Assembly: GCA_034530615.2 (NCBI GenBank)
Contig: JAVRCV020000051.1
Span: 80,803-144,802 of the forward strand
DNA from: Aulosira sp. ZfuVER01
GTDB taxonomy: Bacteria > Cyanobacteriota > Cyanobacteriia > Cyanobacteriales > Nostocaceae
DNA: 64,000 nt
Direction: 5' to 3'
Shown: positions 10,528-21,078 of the stretch, one piece after another
Numbering within the stretch: the stretch's first letter is position 1
Layout of the letters: each line of letters begins with the position of its first letter
The notes under the pieces: model-generated
What the model saw: the letters and a program-made list of their open reading frames with translations, nothing else
What the model was told of the DNA's origin: nothing
Database searches by the model: none
Position numbers and translations under genes: made by a program

Positions 10528-10788
10528 ATGAAACAAATAACTTTAAACTCTCATATTGGACAAGATGGAATATTACATTTAGATATTCCTGTAGATGTCA
10601 CTAATGTTGATTTAACTATTACTGTAATTTTACAACCCATTACTGATTCTCAGCCAGAAAATAAACCTAAAGGAAAAGGTTGGCCTGCTAACTTTTTTGA
10701 AGAAACTTCTGGATGTTTGAAGGATAGTCCTTTAATTATAGATTCAGAAGGTGTTTTTGATGATTTAGAAGAGCTTAAATTGTCATGA
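10528..10788 (+). CDS. Putative antitoxin (VapB-like)
   Basis: 86 aa; SHIGQDGILHLDIP, KGWPANFFEETSG; ATGA overlap with the PIN gene. Confidence 0.75.
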   Translation: MKQITLNSHIGQDGILHLDIPVDVTNVDLTITVILQPITDSQPENKPKGKGWPANFFEETSGCLKDSPLIIDSEGVFDDLEELKLS

Positions 10789-11186
10789 GATATTTACTAG
10801 ATACAAATGTATGTATTAAATATCTCAATGAAGACTCGGTTATTCGGCAGAAACTTGAAAATTATGATTTAGAAGATATTGCGGTTTGTTCAGTTGTGAA
10901 ACTAGAGTTGTTTTATGGAGCGATGAGGAGTGATAATCCCGATCAAGTTTGGGCAAAAGTAAAGCGATTTTTAGAAGTATTTATTTCTTTACCTTTAGAT
11001 GATATTTCAGCGTTAAATGCAGGTAGGATTCGCGCTCAATTAGCTAATGCTGGTACTCCTATTGGTTATAATGATTTATTAATCGCTTCTATTACATTGT
11101 CTCATGATTTAATTTTAGTGACTCATAATACTAAAGAGTTTGTCAGAGTTGAAGGATTAAAAATAGAAGATTGGGAAATTGAATAA
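10785..11186 (+). CDS. vapC: VapC PIN-domain toxin
   Basis: YLLDTNV, EL.YGA, PIGYNDLLIA, LVTHNTKEF, IEDW motifs. Confidence 0.93.
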   Translation: MRYLLDTNVCIKYLNEDSVIRQKLENYDLEDIAVCSVVKLELFYGAMRSDNPDQVWAKVKRFLEVFISLPLDDISALNAGRIRAQLANAGTPIGYNDLLIASITLSHDLILVTHNTKEFVRVEGLKIEDWEIE

Positions 11187-11197
11187 TATAATTGAAA

Positions 11198-11231
11198 GCG
11201 ATCGCACTCCTAAATTCCCAAGTGCGATCGC
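11198..11231. repeat. 34-bp HIP1-tipped hairpin, copy 2
   Basis: Identical direct repeat of 10318-10351. Confidence 0.95.
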
Positions 11232-11417
11232 GGTTCACTACCTTTACTTGTCCCAAATACGGACATCCGATAATTTTTAGTATAAATTAAATAAATAACT
11301 TATGTCTGATTTTTGAACAAAATACCTGACGAAAGCTTTATGAAGGTTGATTTTGCTGGGTTATATGTTTTCAAAAATCAAATCACTAAGCTACGTATTA
11401 TTATTGAATTTATCGTC

Positions 11418-12470
11418 ATGGAAAAGAACGTAGCGTTACGCAAAACTGATGAAGGCTGGAAATTTATTGATGAGTCTGAATTAGAAACTTTTGTTTGGGA
11501 TAATTTAGCAGAAATATTTGGACTAAAGCCCTTAAAGCGCCAATTATCGATAAAAGGAGAAATTTGTGACATTTTAGCAATAGGAGAAAATAATCAATTA
11601 GCTATTATTGAACTGAAAAATACAGAAGATAGATATGTGATTAATCAACTCACACGCTATTACGACAATTTATTAGAAGAACAACCTTTAAAAGATAACA
11701 TTAATTATGATGAAGAAGTTCGTTTGATAGCTATCTGTCCCAGCTTTCATCGTCATAATTTAATTGATGAAAAACACAGTAAATTAAAATTTAATCTATT
11801 TACTTTTTTCATTGTATATGAAAATAATGAATTTTATTTTCATTTTTCTCATATTCATAGCCAATTTAAAACAAAAATTGTCAAAATTAATTATCAAGAA
11901 GTTAATCTCCAAAATCAAGTAAATGATAATATTCCTGAACCTGCAAGGTTATTATTAGATTGGTTAGGTTATTTAACAAACACAGAAATAGATAACTTAA
12001 CGAAAATTAGAAATCAAATATTGACTTTTGATTCAAGAATAGAAGAAATAATAGTGAATAAAAGCATTATATATGCAAGTAAATATGGTAAGGATAAGAT
12101 GAGGCAATGTGCAGAGTTTTGTTTTGATAGAAAGTCGAAGAAGATACTATTCTTTTTATGGCTGATTATTCCCAACCGCCAAAATAGAACTATTACTAGA
12201 ATGCAAATTGATACAACGCAAGAATATCTCACATATTGGCGATACGCTTCTGTAAAAGAAGGAAGTATAGATTGGGAAAAATTTTATCGTCGTCATTATA
12301 CTATTTCAATAAATAATCAGAAGTCTTTTGGTATTGTTACAGAAAATAATCGCAGTTTTTATTGTGTTCCAGGAAATAATGGCACATGGTTAAAACAAGA
12401 AATATTTGGTGAGGACATTAAACAAATTATTAATCATGCATTAAAAATATGGCTAGAAAGAACTAGTTAA
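11418..12470 (+). CDS. NucS/DUF91-like PD-(D/E)XK endonuclease-domain protein
   Basis: ESELE..CDILA...IIELKN...INQLTRYY motif set; ATG at 11418 preferred over TTG at 11313. Confidence 0.7.
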   Translation: MEKNVALRKTDEGWKFIDESELETFVWDNLAEIFGLKPLKRQLSIKGEICDILAIGENNQLAIIELKNTEDRYVINQLTRYYDNLLEEQPLKDNINYDEEVRLIAICPSFHRHNLIDEKHSKLKFNLFTFFIVYENNEFYFHFSHIHSQFKTKIVKINYQEVNLQNQVNDNIPEPARLLLDWLGYLTNTEIDNLTKIRNQILTFDSRIEEIIVNKSIIYASKYGKDKMRQCAEFCFDRKSKKILFFLWLIIPNRQNRTITRMQIDTTQEYLTYWRYASVKEGSIDWEKFYRRHYTISINNQKSFGIVTENNRSFYCVPGNNGTWLKQEIFGEDIKQIINHALKIWLERTS

Positions 12471-12593
12471 AATAAGTTTAGTTGTAGGTCGGTATGAAGT
12501 CAGTAAAATCCAAATCTCATGTATTGGATTTAAACAAATAAAAATTAAGGTTGGCAATGTAAAAAAACTTATTTCGTCATCGAACTTAGCTTT

Positions 12594-12935
12594 TTAAGCT
12601 GTGGCAAAATCTGTATATTGTCTCACATCTGGCGGCTGAAACGCCAAGACAATCTCACTAGCAGGAACACCTAACCGGATTAACTCCGTGGCTATTCCTT
12701 CCTCAGTTAAATCTTCCTCAATGTAAATCTTTTCGTTCTTAATGCGAACATGGACATGAGTATATTTATGTCGTTTATTTCCCTGCCAATCAACTGTTAA
12801 CCAGAGATAATGATCGTGGGTTTCGTCAAATACCAAACAAGTCTCATGTTTTTTATTAGCTGCTTGATGTGCAAAATCATCATATTCTGTCAAAACTTGT
12901 TTAATTAATTCCCGATAACGCATTAATTTATCCAT
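12594..12935 (-). CDS. xisI: XisI-family protein
   Basis: [44 protein letters not shown]. Confidence 0.9.
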   Translation of the reverse strand: MDKLMRYRELIKQVLTEYDDFAHQAANKKHETCLVFDETHDHYLWLTVDWQGNKRHKYTHVHVRIKNEKIYIEEDLTEEGIATELIRLGVPASEIVLAFQPPDVRQYTDFATA

Positions 12936-13342
12936 TGAACAATTTCCTCCCTTTCCATATTCACAACAAGTAAATTTATTTGATTAAATTTAACTACGGC
13001 TTGAATTGATTTTCTCTGGAAGAATGTTTCATAAATATTATCTTTGATAGCTAAACAAATTTCTTGATATTCATCTTTTCCAAATTGAATTAAATTTCGA
13101 TATAATATATATTATCCCAAAGCAAGTTCAAAATCTTTCATCAGAGAAGGACTAATAAAACTTTTGATTTCTACAATAATTTTACGTTTTATTTTTGACT
13201 CTGATAGATTTTTCTCAATTGCTAAATCTGCATATAATTCCGCATCTTCAAATTCAATTGAATAAGGATCGGCTGTAATTGTCCAGCCATCTTTAATTAA
13301 GGCATTTTTGACTGCATCATGGTAGATATCTTTTGCTGGCAT
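12923..13342 (-). pseudogene. xisH: XisH-family protein with in-frame nonsense codon
   Basis: MPAKDIYHDAVKNALIKDGWTITADP...EIKSF...ALG*(TAA at 13112-13114 where GQY is typical); the frame continues YILYRNL...EEIVQWIN* to 12923. Confidence 0.85.
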
Positions 13343-13393
13343 TTTTACCCTGCTAAGAACAGTCAGGTGGGCATTACACCCACCCTAATTACA

Positions 13394-16024
13394 CTATACC
13401 AATAAAGCCTGCTGCTCCTTAGTAATCACTCGCCCTTCATCCTCAAAACCGGCGATTTGATCGAAGTTCAAATACCGATACAAATTATCGGCAAAAGGAT
13501 GAATTTTATTCGCCACAATATCAAGATATTCCTTGACTGTGGGAATGCGTCCTAACAAAGCACAAACTGCGGCTAATTCTGCGGAACCTAAATACACTCT
13601 TGCACCTTTACCCATGCGATTATTAAAGTTGCGGGTAGAGGTAGAAAATACAGTTGTGCCATCGGCAACTCGCGCCTGATTACCCATGCATAAACTGCAT
13701 CCTGGCATTTCTGTCCTAGCACCCGCAGCACCAAAAACGCTATATACACCTTCTTCTTTTAATTGGTATTCATCCATGCGGGTTGGGGGTGCTATCCACA
13801 GGCGTGTTTTTACTTCACCTGCGCCTTCCAAAACTTTCGCTGTTGCCCGATAATGACCGATATTTGTCATACAAGAACCAACGAATACTTCTTGCACTGG
13901 ATCGTTAGCAACTTCCGATAATAATTTCACATTATCGGGGTCATTGGGAGCAGCAACAATTGGTTCTTTGATTTCGTTCAAATCAATTTCAATGATTTCG
14001 GCATACTCGGCATCTGTGTCAGCTTCCAGTAATACAGGATTGGCTAACCATTCTTCCATTTTGGCGATGCGGCGGAGAATAGTACGCTCATCGTGATAGC
14101 CTCTGGCTATCATATTTTTTAACAGCGTGATATTAGAACGCAGATATTCAGCAATTGTTTCTGTACTCAGTTTAATTGTGCAACCTGCACAGGAACGTTC
14201 TGCTGATGCATCTGTTAATTCAAAGGCTTGTTCAACTTTTAAATCGGGCAAGCCTTCCATTTCTAAAATTCGCCCAGAAAAGACATTTTTCTTGTTCTCT
14301 TTCTCTACTGTCAGCAGTCCTTTTTGAATGGCGACGTAGGGTATGGCGTTAACAATATCTCTGAGGGTAATGCCTGGTTGTAATTCTCCTTTGAATCTTA
14401 CCAATACTGACTCTGGCATATCCAAAGGCATCACACCCAAAGCGGCGGCAAAGGCTACTAACCCAGAACCTGCGGGGAAGGAAATACCTAAGGGGAAGCG
14501 GGTGTGAGAGTCGCCGCCAGTTCCGACGGTGTCGGGTAGTAGCATCCGGTTTAGCCAAGAGTGGATGATACCATCACCTGGACGTAGGGCAACGCCGCCA
14601 CGTTGGGCGAAGAAGTCTGGTAAGTCGTGGTGGGTTTTGATATCAACTGGTTTGGGATAAGCAGCGGTGTGGCAGAAACTCTGCATCACCAAATCAGCAC
14701 TAAAACCGAGACAGGCGAGTTCTTTTAATTCGTCGCGGGTCATGGGGCCTGTGGTATCTTGGGAACCAACAGTAGTCATAATCGGTTCGCAAGATGTACC
14801 AGGACGCACACCGGGTAATCCGCAAGCTTTCCCTACCATTTTCTGCGCGAGAGTGTAGCCTTTACCTGTATCTTCAGGTGCTTGGGGACGGATAAATAAG
14901 GTGCTGGGTTCTAAACCTAGTGCTTGGCGGGTTTTGTCGGTGAGAGTACGCCCAATTAATAGAGGTATACGTCCACCTGCACGGACTTCATCAAGGATGG
15001 TATCGGGTTTCAAGGTGAAGGTGGTAATGACTTCGCCGGCTTCGTTGGTAATTTCGCCTTTGTAGGGATGGATGGTAATTACATCGCCTGTTTCTAGCTT
15101 GGTGACATCACACTGAATCGGCAAAGCACCGGCATCTTCAGCAGTGTTAAAGAAGATAGGCGCGATCGCACCACCTAAAATATACCCTCCAGCTCGCTTG
15201 TTGGGAACAAAGGGAATATCATTGCCCATGTGCCACAGTACTGAGTTGATGGCAGATTTACGAGATGAACCTGTACCAACTACATCCCCAACGTAAGCAA
15301 CAGGATGCCCTTTTTTCTTTAACTCGGCAATGGTTTTCAAGCTTCCAGGTTGCCGTGACTCTAGCATCACTAAGGCGTGTAAGGGAATATCCGGGCGAGT
15401 GGTAGCACTTTGTGCGGGGGATAAGTCGTCGGTGTTCGTTTCACCAGGGACTTTGAAGACAGTAACGGTGATTTCTTTGGGTAGTTGGGGGCGAACAGTG
15501 AACCACTCAGCTTCCGCCCAAGAGTTAATCACCTGTTTGGCGAAGGGATTGGTTTTAGATAACTCTAAAACATCGTGGAAAGCATCATACACCAACAGAA
15601 TTTTACTTAAAGCGTTGGCAGCGTAGGCGGCGATTGGTTCCTTTCCCTGTCCCCCCATCACTAGCGGGGTTTCGGAAGAGTCGGAAACAGATGTGGTGGG
15701 AAATTGCAGCAATTCAATTAAAGATTGCACATTATAGCCACCTACCATCGTTCCCAGTAATTCTACTGCCTGGATAGGCGAAATTAAGGGGCTTTTCGTT
15801 TCACCTTTGGCAATAGCAGTCAGAAATCCAGCTTTTACATACGCGGCGTTATCAACACCAGGGGGAACGCGATCGCGCAATAAATGCAATAATGTATCTT
15901 CTTCCCCTTTGGGCGGATTCTTCAGTAATTCGCACAACTCTGAAGTTTGCTTTGCATCTAACGGTAAGGGGGGAACTCCTAATTCTGCTCTTTCTACAAC
16001 GTGTTGACGATATGATTCCAACAT
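13394..16024 (-). CDS. acnB: Aconitate hydratase B
   Basis: [57 protein letters not shown]. Confidence 0.97.
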   Translation of the reverse strand: MLESYRQHVVERAELGVPPLPLDAKQTSELCELLKNPPKGEEDTLLHLLRDRVPPGVDNAAYVKAGFLTAIAKGETKSPLISPIQAVELLGTMVGGYNVQSLIELLQFPTTSVSDSSETPLVMGGQGKEPIAAYAANALSKILLVYDAFHDVLELSKTNPFAKQVINSWAEAEWFTVRPQLPKEITVTVFKVPGETNTDDLSPAQSATTRPDIPLHALVMLESRQPGSLKTIAELKKKGHPVAYVGDVVGTGSSRKSAINSVLWHMGNDIPFVPNKRAGGYILGGAIAPIFFNTAEDAGALPIQCDVTKLETGDVITIHPYKGEITNEAGEVITTFTLKPDTILDEVRAGGRIPLLIGRTLTDKTRQALGLEPSTLFIRPQAPEDTGKGYTLAQKMVGKACGLPGVRPGTSCEPIMTTVGSQDTTGPMTRDELKELACLGFSADLVMQSFCHTAAYPKPVDIKTHHDLPDFFAQRGGVALRPGDGIIHSWLNRMLLPDTVGTGGDSHTRFPLGISFPAGSGLVAFAAALGVMPLDMPESVLVRFKGELQPGITLRDIVNAIPYVAIQKGLLTVEKENKKNVFSGRILEMEGLPDLKVEQAFELTDASAERSCAGCTIKLSTETIAEYLRSNITLLKNMIARGYHDERTILRRIAKMEEWLANPVLLEADTDAEYAEIIEIDLNEIKEPIVAAPNDPDNVKLLSEVANDPVQEVFVGSCMTNIGHYRATAKVLEGAGEVKTRLWIAPPTRMDEYQLKEEGVYSVFGAAGARTEMPGCSLCMGNQARVADGTTVFSTSTRNFNNRMGKGARVYLGSAELAAVCALLGRIPTVKEYLDIVANKIHPFADNLYRYLNFDQIAGFEDEGRVITKEQQALLV

Positions 16025-16282
16025 TTTACACTCCAAATATTAGCCACAGATGGTTTTAGTGTTTATAATCACTGCCTATATTTCAGGAGAATTCAAGCTT
16101 ACAAGTCTTTATCAACAGTATCAACAGGTAATGAGTCTCCCTACTTGAAGTTTTTGGTCTGGCCAGGACTTATAATTATCACTGTATAGCTACTTTTGCC
16201 AATAAATCTATTTGAAAATAATTCCTGAATTGGCATTTCTCGACTTGGTTGTGTGTCTATTCATCAGATAAAATATTTCCTT

Positions 16283-16298
16283 TGTAAGTTAAGTTACA
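16283..16298. promoter_or_regulatory. Candidate NtcA box
   Basis: TGTA-AGTTAAGT-TACA matches GTA-N8-TAC; lies just upstream of the ferredoxin ATG. Confidence 0.45.
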
Positions 16299-16311
16299 CT
16301 CAATTTTGTAT

Positions 16312-16629
16312 ATGTCCAAAACATACACCGTTGAAGTTCTGCATCAAGGCAAGAGTCACACTTTACAAGTCCCTGAAAATGAAACTATCTTAGCAGTTGC
16401 CGATCAAGCTGGTTTAGAATTACCTAGTTCTTGTCATGCGGGTGTTTGTACAACTTGTGCGGGTAAAATTATTTCCGGATCTGTCGATCAAACCGATGGT
16501 ATGGGCGTTAGTCCAGAATTACAAAAACAAGGCTATGTGTTGCTTTGTGTAGCCAGACCTCTTTCTGATATAAAAGTTGAAACAGAAAAAGAAGATACAC
16601 TCTATCAGTTGCAATTTGGCAAAGACTAA
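16312..16629 (+). CDS. Plant-type 2Fe-2S ferredoxin
   Basis: SCHAGVCTTC...LLCVA. Confidence 0.93.
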   Translation: MSKTYTVEVLHQGKSHTLQVPENETILAVADQAGLELPSSCHAGVCTTCAGKIISGSVDQTDGMGVSPELQKQGYVLLCVARPLSDIKVETEKEDTLYQLQFGKD

Positions 16630-16751
16630 TTAAAGAATGAACGCTAAAGGCTAAAGGATGAAAATTTGACAGAAATTTCTCTTTTAATACTTCATCCTTT
16701 ATGCTGATATCAGTTATTCTAGAAAGCACAAATTACCAGGAATAGGTGAGA

Positions 16752-16934
16752 ATGACTACACATTTTATTACCGCAGAAATTGACCTCCAAGAAACTCCCA
16801 CAGAGTTAGAGCAAGTAATCACCGCAGAATTACAAAAACAAGGTGAACCTTTACGTTGGGCAATTACCTCTGTGGATATAGAACAGCAAAAGGCTACTGT
16901 GGAAGCTGTTGTTACTACAGCGAGTGCTGAATAA
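16752..16934 (+). CDS. Small conserved hypothetical protein
   Basis: GEPLRWAITSVD...VEAVVT; co-oriented within the ferredoxin-DUF3326 cluster. Confidence 0.65.
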   Translation: MTTHFITAEIDLQETPTELEQVITAELQKQGEPLRWAITSVDIEQQKATVEAVVTTASAE

Positions 16935-17050
16935 GGAGTAATGAGTCCTGAGTCATGAGTCCTGAGTAGTTAAGTAACTGTCTGTCAACTTAGGAATTAA
17001 AACTCTTCTTAACTTAATTTTCACTCAGCACTCAGCACTCAGAACTTTTT

Positions 17051-18115
17051 ATGCAACGTCCATATACAGCTATTTTAATTGTACCTACTGGTGTTGGGGC
17101 AGCAATCGGGGGTTATGCCGGGGATGCTTTACCAGTAGCAAGAGTCATATCACAGGTGTGCGATCGCCTGATTACTCACCCCAATGTCCTCAACGGTGCA
17201 AGTTTGTACTGGAATTTACTTAATACTTTCTACGTTGAAGGTTATGGACTTGACAAATTTGCCGCTGGATATTGGGGTTTGCGTCCCATACATAGAAATA
17301 AAATAGGTTTGCTTTTAGACCAAGGTATAGAGCCAGAATTGCGGCTACGACACCTACAAGTAGCTGATGCAGCCAGAGCAACACTAGCTTTAACCCTGAC
17401 AGATTATGTAATTACAGATACGCCATTAAATATAGAATTACGAACTTCGCCATCGGGGATTAGTTGGGGGACAATTGGTAATCCCGATAGTTTATTAAGA
17501 GCAGCAGAAGTACTAATTAAACAAGCTGGGGCAGAAGCGATCGCAGTAGTTGCCCGTTTCCCCGATGATATGGAAGAAGAAGCAGTAGAAAACTACCGTC
17601 AAGGTAAAGGTGTAGATCCTCTGGCGGGTGCGGAAGCTGTCATCAGCCATTTAATAGTACGTACCTTTCAAATTCCTTGCGCTCATTCTCCCGCTTTAGC
17701 CGCAGCACCCCCAGATCCTGATTTATCTCCCCGTTCCGCCGCCGAAGAATTAGGTTATACCTTTTTACCATGCGTCCTTGTCGGCTTAAGTCGCGCACCG
17801 CAATTTATTATAGATAAAGGAACAGCCCAATATCTACCAGAAGATATCTGGGCAGACCAAATTGATGCTGCAATAATACCAGCAACCGCTTGTGGTAGCA
17901 GTGCAATTCTGAGCTTAAATCAGAAGCAATGCCAGATTATCACTGTAGAGGAAAATCAAACTCAAATCCAAGTTCCTCCCCAACCTTTAGGGATCAAGCC
18001 CATACAGGTAAACTCATATTTAGAAGCAGTTGGTGTCTTAGCAGCACACAAAGCAGGCATTAATCCCGCTGCCCTCCGTCCGCAAATAAATTCGTTGCAG
18101 CAACTTAACTATTAG
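17051..18115 (+). CDS. DUF3326-family protein
   Basis: VPTGVGAAIGGYAGDA, THPNVLNG, GVDPLAGAEAVISH, AHSP. Confidence 0.85.
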   Translation: MQRPYTAILIVPTGVGAAIGGYAGDALPVARVISQVCDRLITHPNVLNGASLYWNLLNTFYVEGYGLDKFAAGYWGLRPIHRNKIGLLLDQGIEPELRLRHLQVADAARATLALTLTDYVITDTPLNIELRTSPSGISWGTIGNPDSLLRAAEVLIKQAGAEAIAVVARFPDDMEEEAVENYRQGKGVDPLAGAEAVISHLIVRTFQIPCAHSPALAAAPPDPDLSPRSAAEELGYTFLPCVLVGLSRAPQFIIDKGTAQYLPEDIWADQIDAAIIPATACGSSAILSLNQKQCQIITVEENQTQIQVPPQPLGIKPIQVNSYLEAVGVLAAHKAGINPAALRPQINSLQQLNY

Positions 18116-18189
18116 TCAAGAGTTCTTAATTATTTCTCCGCGTCCCCGCGTCCCCCTGTCTCCTTGTCCCCTCCTCTCCCTAAACACCC

Positions 18190-18771
18190 GTGGTTGAACA
18201 ACAAAAACAAGAACCAGAAATTCCCTACCTAACACGCATCCAAGTACTGGGGGCGATGGGAGCGACTGCTATCATTTTGTGGATAGTCGCCAAGCTGTGG
18301 TTGCGCTTTGGTGATTTTTCCATCTTTACTTGGCGCTGGAACGAAACGGATTTACTTGTAGGGGTGGGGATAGGATTAATTATCACCGTTTTGAGTGGCT
18401 TAACTTACCGTTTTGTGCCACCTTACCGCAAAAGTGCAGATTATTATTTAGATTTGGTACTCAAGCCTTTAGTGTTACCAGACATAATTTGGCTAGGGTT
18501 GCTACCGGGGTTAAGTGAAGAATTATTATTCCGGGGGGTAATGCTACCAGCCTTAGGCGCGGATCATGTGGCTGTAATTGTATCAAGTCTTTGCTTTGGC
18601 GTCTTGCACCTGAGTGGTTCTCAACAATGGCCTTACGTACTTTGGGCAACCATCGTCGGACTCATACTCGGATATAGCGCTATTTTTACAGGCAACTTAT
18701 TAGTGCCAATTGTGGCTCATATTATTACGAATTTGATTTCTAGCTATTTGTGGAAGTTGCGACGGGTATGA
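18190..18771 (+). CDS. CPBP/Abi intramembrane glutamic protease
   Basis: EELLFRG, FGVLH, AHIITN motifs; multiple TM helices. Confidence 0.9.
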   Translation: MVEQQKQEPEIPYLTRIQVLGAMGATAIILWIVAKLWLRFGDFSIFTWRWNETDLLVGVGIGLIITVLSGLTYRFVPPYRKSADYYLDLVLKPLVLPDIIWLGLLPGLSEELLFRGVMLPALGADHVAVIVSSLCFGVLHLSGSQQWPYVLWATIVGLILGYSAIFTGNLLVPIVAHIITNLISSYLWKLRRV

Positions 18772-18827
18772 AGGCGATCGCATCACAACTTTTGATGAAT
18801 AATTGAGGATGAGCGATCGCATCATGT

Positions 18828-19478
18828 TCAAGATAGTAGCCTTTGTGCTGCTAGTGCGATCGCCTGGGGCAAAATTCGATGTTCCTGAATTTGAATCCTC
18901 GCGTGGAGGGTTTCGGCGGTGTCATCTGGTAGAACTGGTACTGCTGCTTGCATTAATATTGGGCCGCTATCTACTTCTAAACAAACTAGATGCACCGTAC
19001 AGCCTGTAATTTTTACACCAGCAGCTAAGGCTTGTTCTACAGCATGGATACCTTTAAAACTAGGTAACAAGCTGGGATGGACATTAATCATTCTGTCAGC
19101 AAAGGCATCAATTAACACTGGTGTTAACAATCGCATCCAGCCTGCCAAAATCACCCATTCGACATCGTATTGCTGTAAAGTTTGCACAAGTTGCCCATCA
19201 AACTTTTCCCGGCTTTTGTAATCGCGGTGATTTAACAACACCGCTTCTACACCGCGATTTGCAGCCCGAACAGCAGCCTTAGCGCCAGGGTTGTTATAAA
19301 TTAAAACCTGAATTTTGGCGTTTAGTTCCCCTTTTGCAATAGCTTGGGCAACAGCCTCAAAATTGCTACCATTCCCAGAAGCTAGAATGCCTAATTTTAG
19401 AGGACTAGTAGATGCAAATTGATCTTTAGAGATGTTAGGCGAAATCAGGCTAGCATCTGTGATGGAATTATTACTCAT
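18828..19478 (-). CDS. purN: Phosphoribosylglycinamide formyltransferase
   Basis: ASGNGSNF, LAGWMR, NVHPSLLP, GCTVH, VDSGPI, EH. Confidence 0.95.
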   Translation of the reverse strand: MSNNSITDASLISPNISKDQFASTSPLKLGILASGNGSNFEAVAQAIAKGELNAKIQVLIYNNPGAKAAVRAANRGVEAVLLNHRDYKSREKFDGQLVQTLQQYDVEWVILAGWMRLLTPVLIDAFADRMINVHPSLLPSFKGIHAVEQALAAGVKITGCTVHLVCLEVDSGPILMQAAVPVLPDDTAETLHARIQIQEHRILPQAIALAAQRLLS

Positions 19479-20101
19479 GAGTGAGGGTCGATAAGTTTGA
19501 TATTCTCCGGTAACTTCGTGGTATCGGAAACTTTTGTGAATAGCGTGGCTGTCGGAGAAAAAGCTGTGGGTCTGGATTGCTTAGGAGAAGTATTATCTAA
19601 TTGCAACCGCAGCTGACCATCAGCAGTAAATTCAAATATTGTCTCCACTGATTTTTGCTCTTTGGAGACCGAGACATCTAAATGCATTGGTTGTGGCTTC
19701 GGGTTAATTTTATATTCAAATGCGATCGCCATTGGATTTTTCGGGTCAGGTGAAAGAACATATAATTTACCATCCGGCGAGAAAATGAACGTGAGTACAA
19801 GATCCGATGAAGGGTCTTTACTTTGCCATTGTCCTAATAGCTTTTGGGCAATTGGGTTTGTAGGCTGACTTGTAGAAGATGGTGTTGGAATTGGTGCTTT
19901 TGTCGGCTGATTTGCAGGAGATGGAGTTAGGATTGGCGCTTTTGTCGGCTGATTTGTAGAAGATGGCGTTGGGATTGGCGCTTTTGTTGGTTGAGCCAGC
20001 ACAGTTATGTCAAGTGTCGTTGATAATGCTATAAGTACGCTAGAGGTCAGCATGGTGCTGGCAATGGTAAATTTGCCAAAGTTGGAGAAAATTTTAGGCA
20101 T
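19475..20101 (-). CDS. Secreted hypothetical protein with three 14-aa Pro/Thr-rich repeats
   Basis: Signal-like N-terminus; QPTKAPIPTPSSTN-type unit x3; C-terminal domain beginning LLGQWQ. Stop overlaps the purN start. Confidence 0.7.
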   Translation of the reverse strand: MPKIFSNFGKFTIASTMLTSSVLIALSTTLDITVLAQPTKAPIPTPSSTNQPTKAPILTPSPANQPTKAPIPTPSSTSQPTNPIAQKLLGQWQSKDPSSDLVLTFIFSPDGKLYVLSPDPKNPMAIAFEYKINPKPQPMHLDVSVSKEQKSVETIFEFTADGQLRLQLDNTSPKQSRPTAFSPTATLFTKVSDTTKLPENIKLIDPHS

Positions 20102-20185
20102 TTGTTTGAGCCAATAGAATGAAAGGATCTTAGCAGTACCTCTGCGTAGAATCACACTCTACACCATTCACTAGCCAAAATAGCG

Positions 20186-21076
20186 ATGAAAACATCCCGT
20201 TCTTCTCAAATGCAGTTGCTGGATAATGATGCAATTGCCGCTTGGATTTTTCTCACACCAGCATTGATTTTACTGGGTGTGTTTATCATTTGGCCGATCG
20301 CCTATTTGTTTTACCTCAGTTTTACCGCCGGTAGTTTTACCTCACAAGGTACTTATCTAGTAGGCTTGAAAAATTACTGGCGCTTGCTGTTCAATTCCGA
20401 TTTTTGGCAAGTTCTAGCTAACACCGCTTATTTTACCGTTGCCACTGTCATTCCCAGTTTGGTGATTCCTTTAGGACTGGCAGTACTATTAAACCGTTCT
20501 CTAGCTTGGCGAGGCATCATCCGCAGTGCCTACTTTCTCCCTTCGATTATTTCCCTAGTAGCTGCTGGCTTAGGATTTCGCTGGCTATTTCAAACCACTG
20601 GCCCGGTAAACGGATTTTTAAATATATTTGGCATTCCATCAATTCCTTGGTTAGGAGACACTGTTTGGGCAATGCCAGTACTAATTTTACTGAGTATTTG
20701 GAAACAACTCGGTTTTAATATGGTCGTATTTTTAGCGGGATTGCAAGCAATTCCCCCCAGTCGTTATGAAGCGGCAGAACTAGATGGTGCAAATGGCTGG
20801 CAACAATTTTGGCACGTTACCCTCCCCGGCTTGCGACCGACTTTAATATTTGCGATTGTTACCACTGCTATTTTCACCTTGCGGAGTTTTGAGCAAGTTT
20901 ACGTGATTACAGGCGGCGGGCCGCTAAATTCAACAAACTTGCTGGTTTATTACATTTACCAAGAAGCCTTTGGTCAATTTGATTTTGGTTATGCAGCCGC
21001 CGCCGCGACGGTATTACTAGCAGTAACCCTAGTGTTTGTGTATTTGCAGTTGCGAACTTGGGGCGAGGAGTCGTGA
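20186..21076 (+). CDS. Carbohydrate ABC transporter permease (MalF/UgpA type)
   Basis: EAA loop YEAAELDGANGWQQFWHVTLP; TGGGP; several TM helices. Confidence 0.92.
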   Translation: MKTSRSSQMQLLDNDAIAAWIFLTPALILLGVFIIWPIAYLFYLSFTAGSFTSQGTYLVGLKNYWRLLFNSDFWQVLANTAYFTVATVIPSLVIPLGLAVLLNRSLAWRGIIRSAYFLPSIISLVAAGLGFRWLFQTTGPVNGFLNIFGIPSIPWLGDTVWAMPVLILLSIWKQLGFNMVVFLAGLQAIPPSRYEAAELDGANGWQQFWHVTLPGLRPTLIFAIVTTAIFTLRSFEQVYVITGGGPLNSTNLLVYYIYQEAFGQFDFGYAAAAATVLLAVTLVFVYLQLRTWGEES

Positions 21077-21078
21077 AA

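Noticed and set aside
10318..11231. 34-bp repeats as a CRISPR mini-array or classical attC sites
   Set aside because: Only two copies, separated by 846 bp of genes; no GTTRRRY/RYYYAAC ends and no integrase.
12594..13342. fdxN/nifD-type excision element
   Set aside because: No serine or tyrosine recombinase and no interrupted host gene are visible; acnB is intact.
15640..15710. Intein or mobile insertion in acnB
   Set aside because: Only about 20 extra residues with no splicing motifs; probably a lineage-specific loop.
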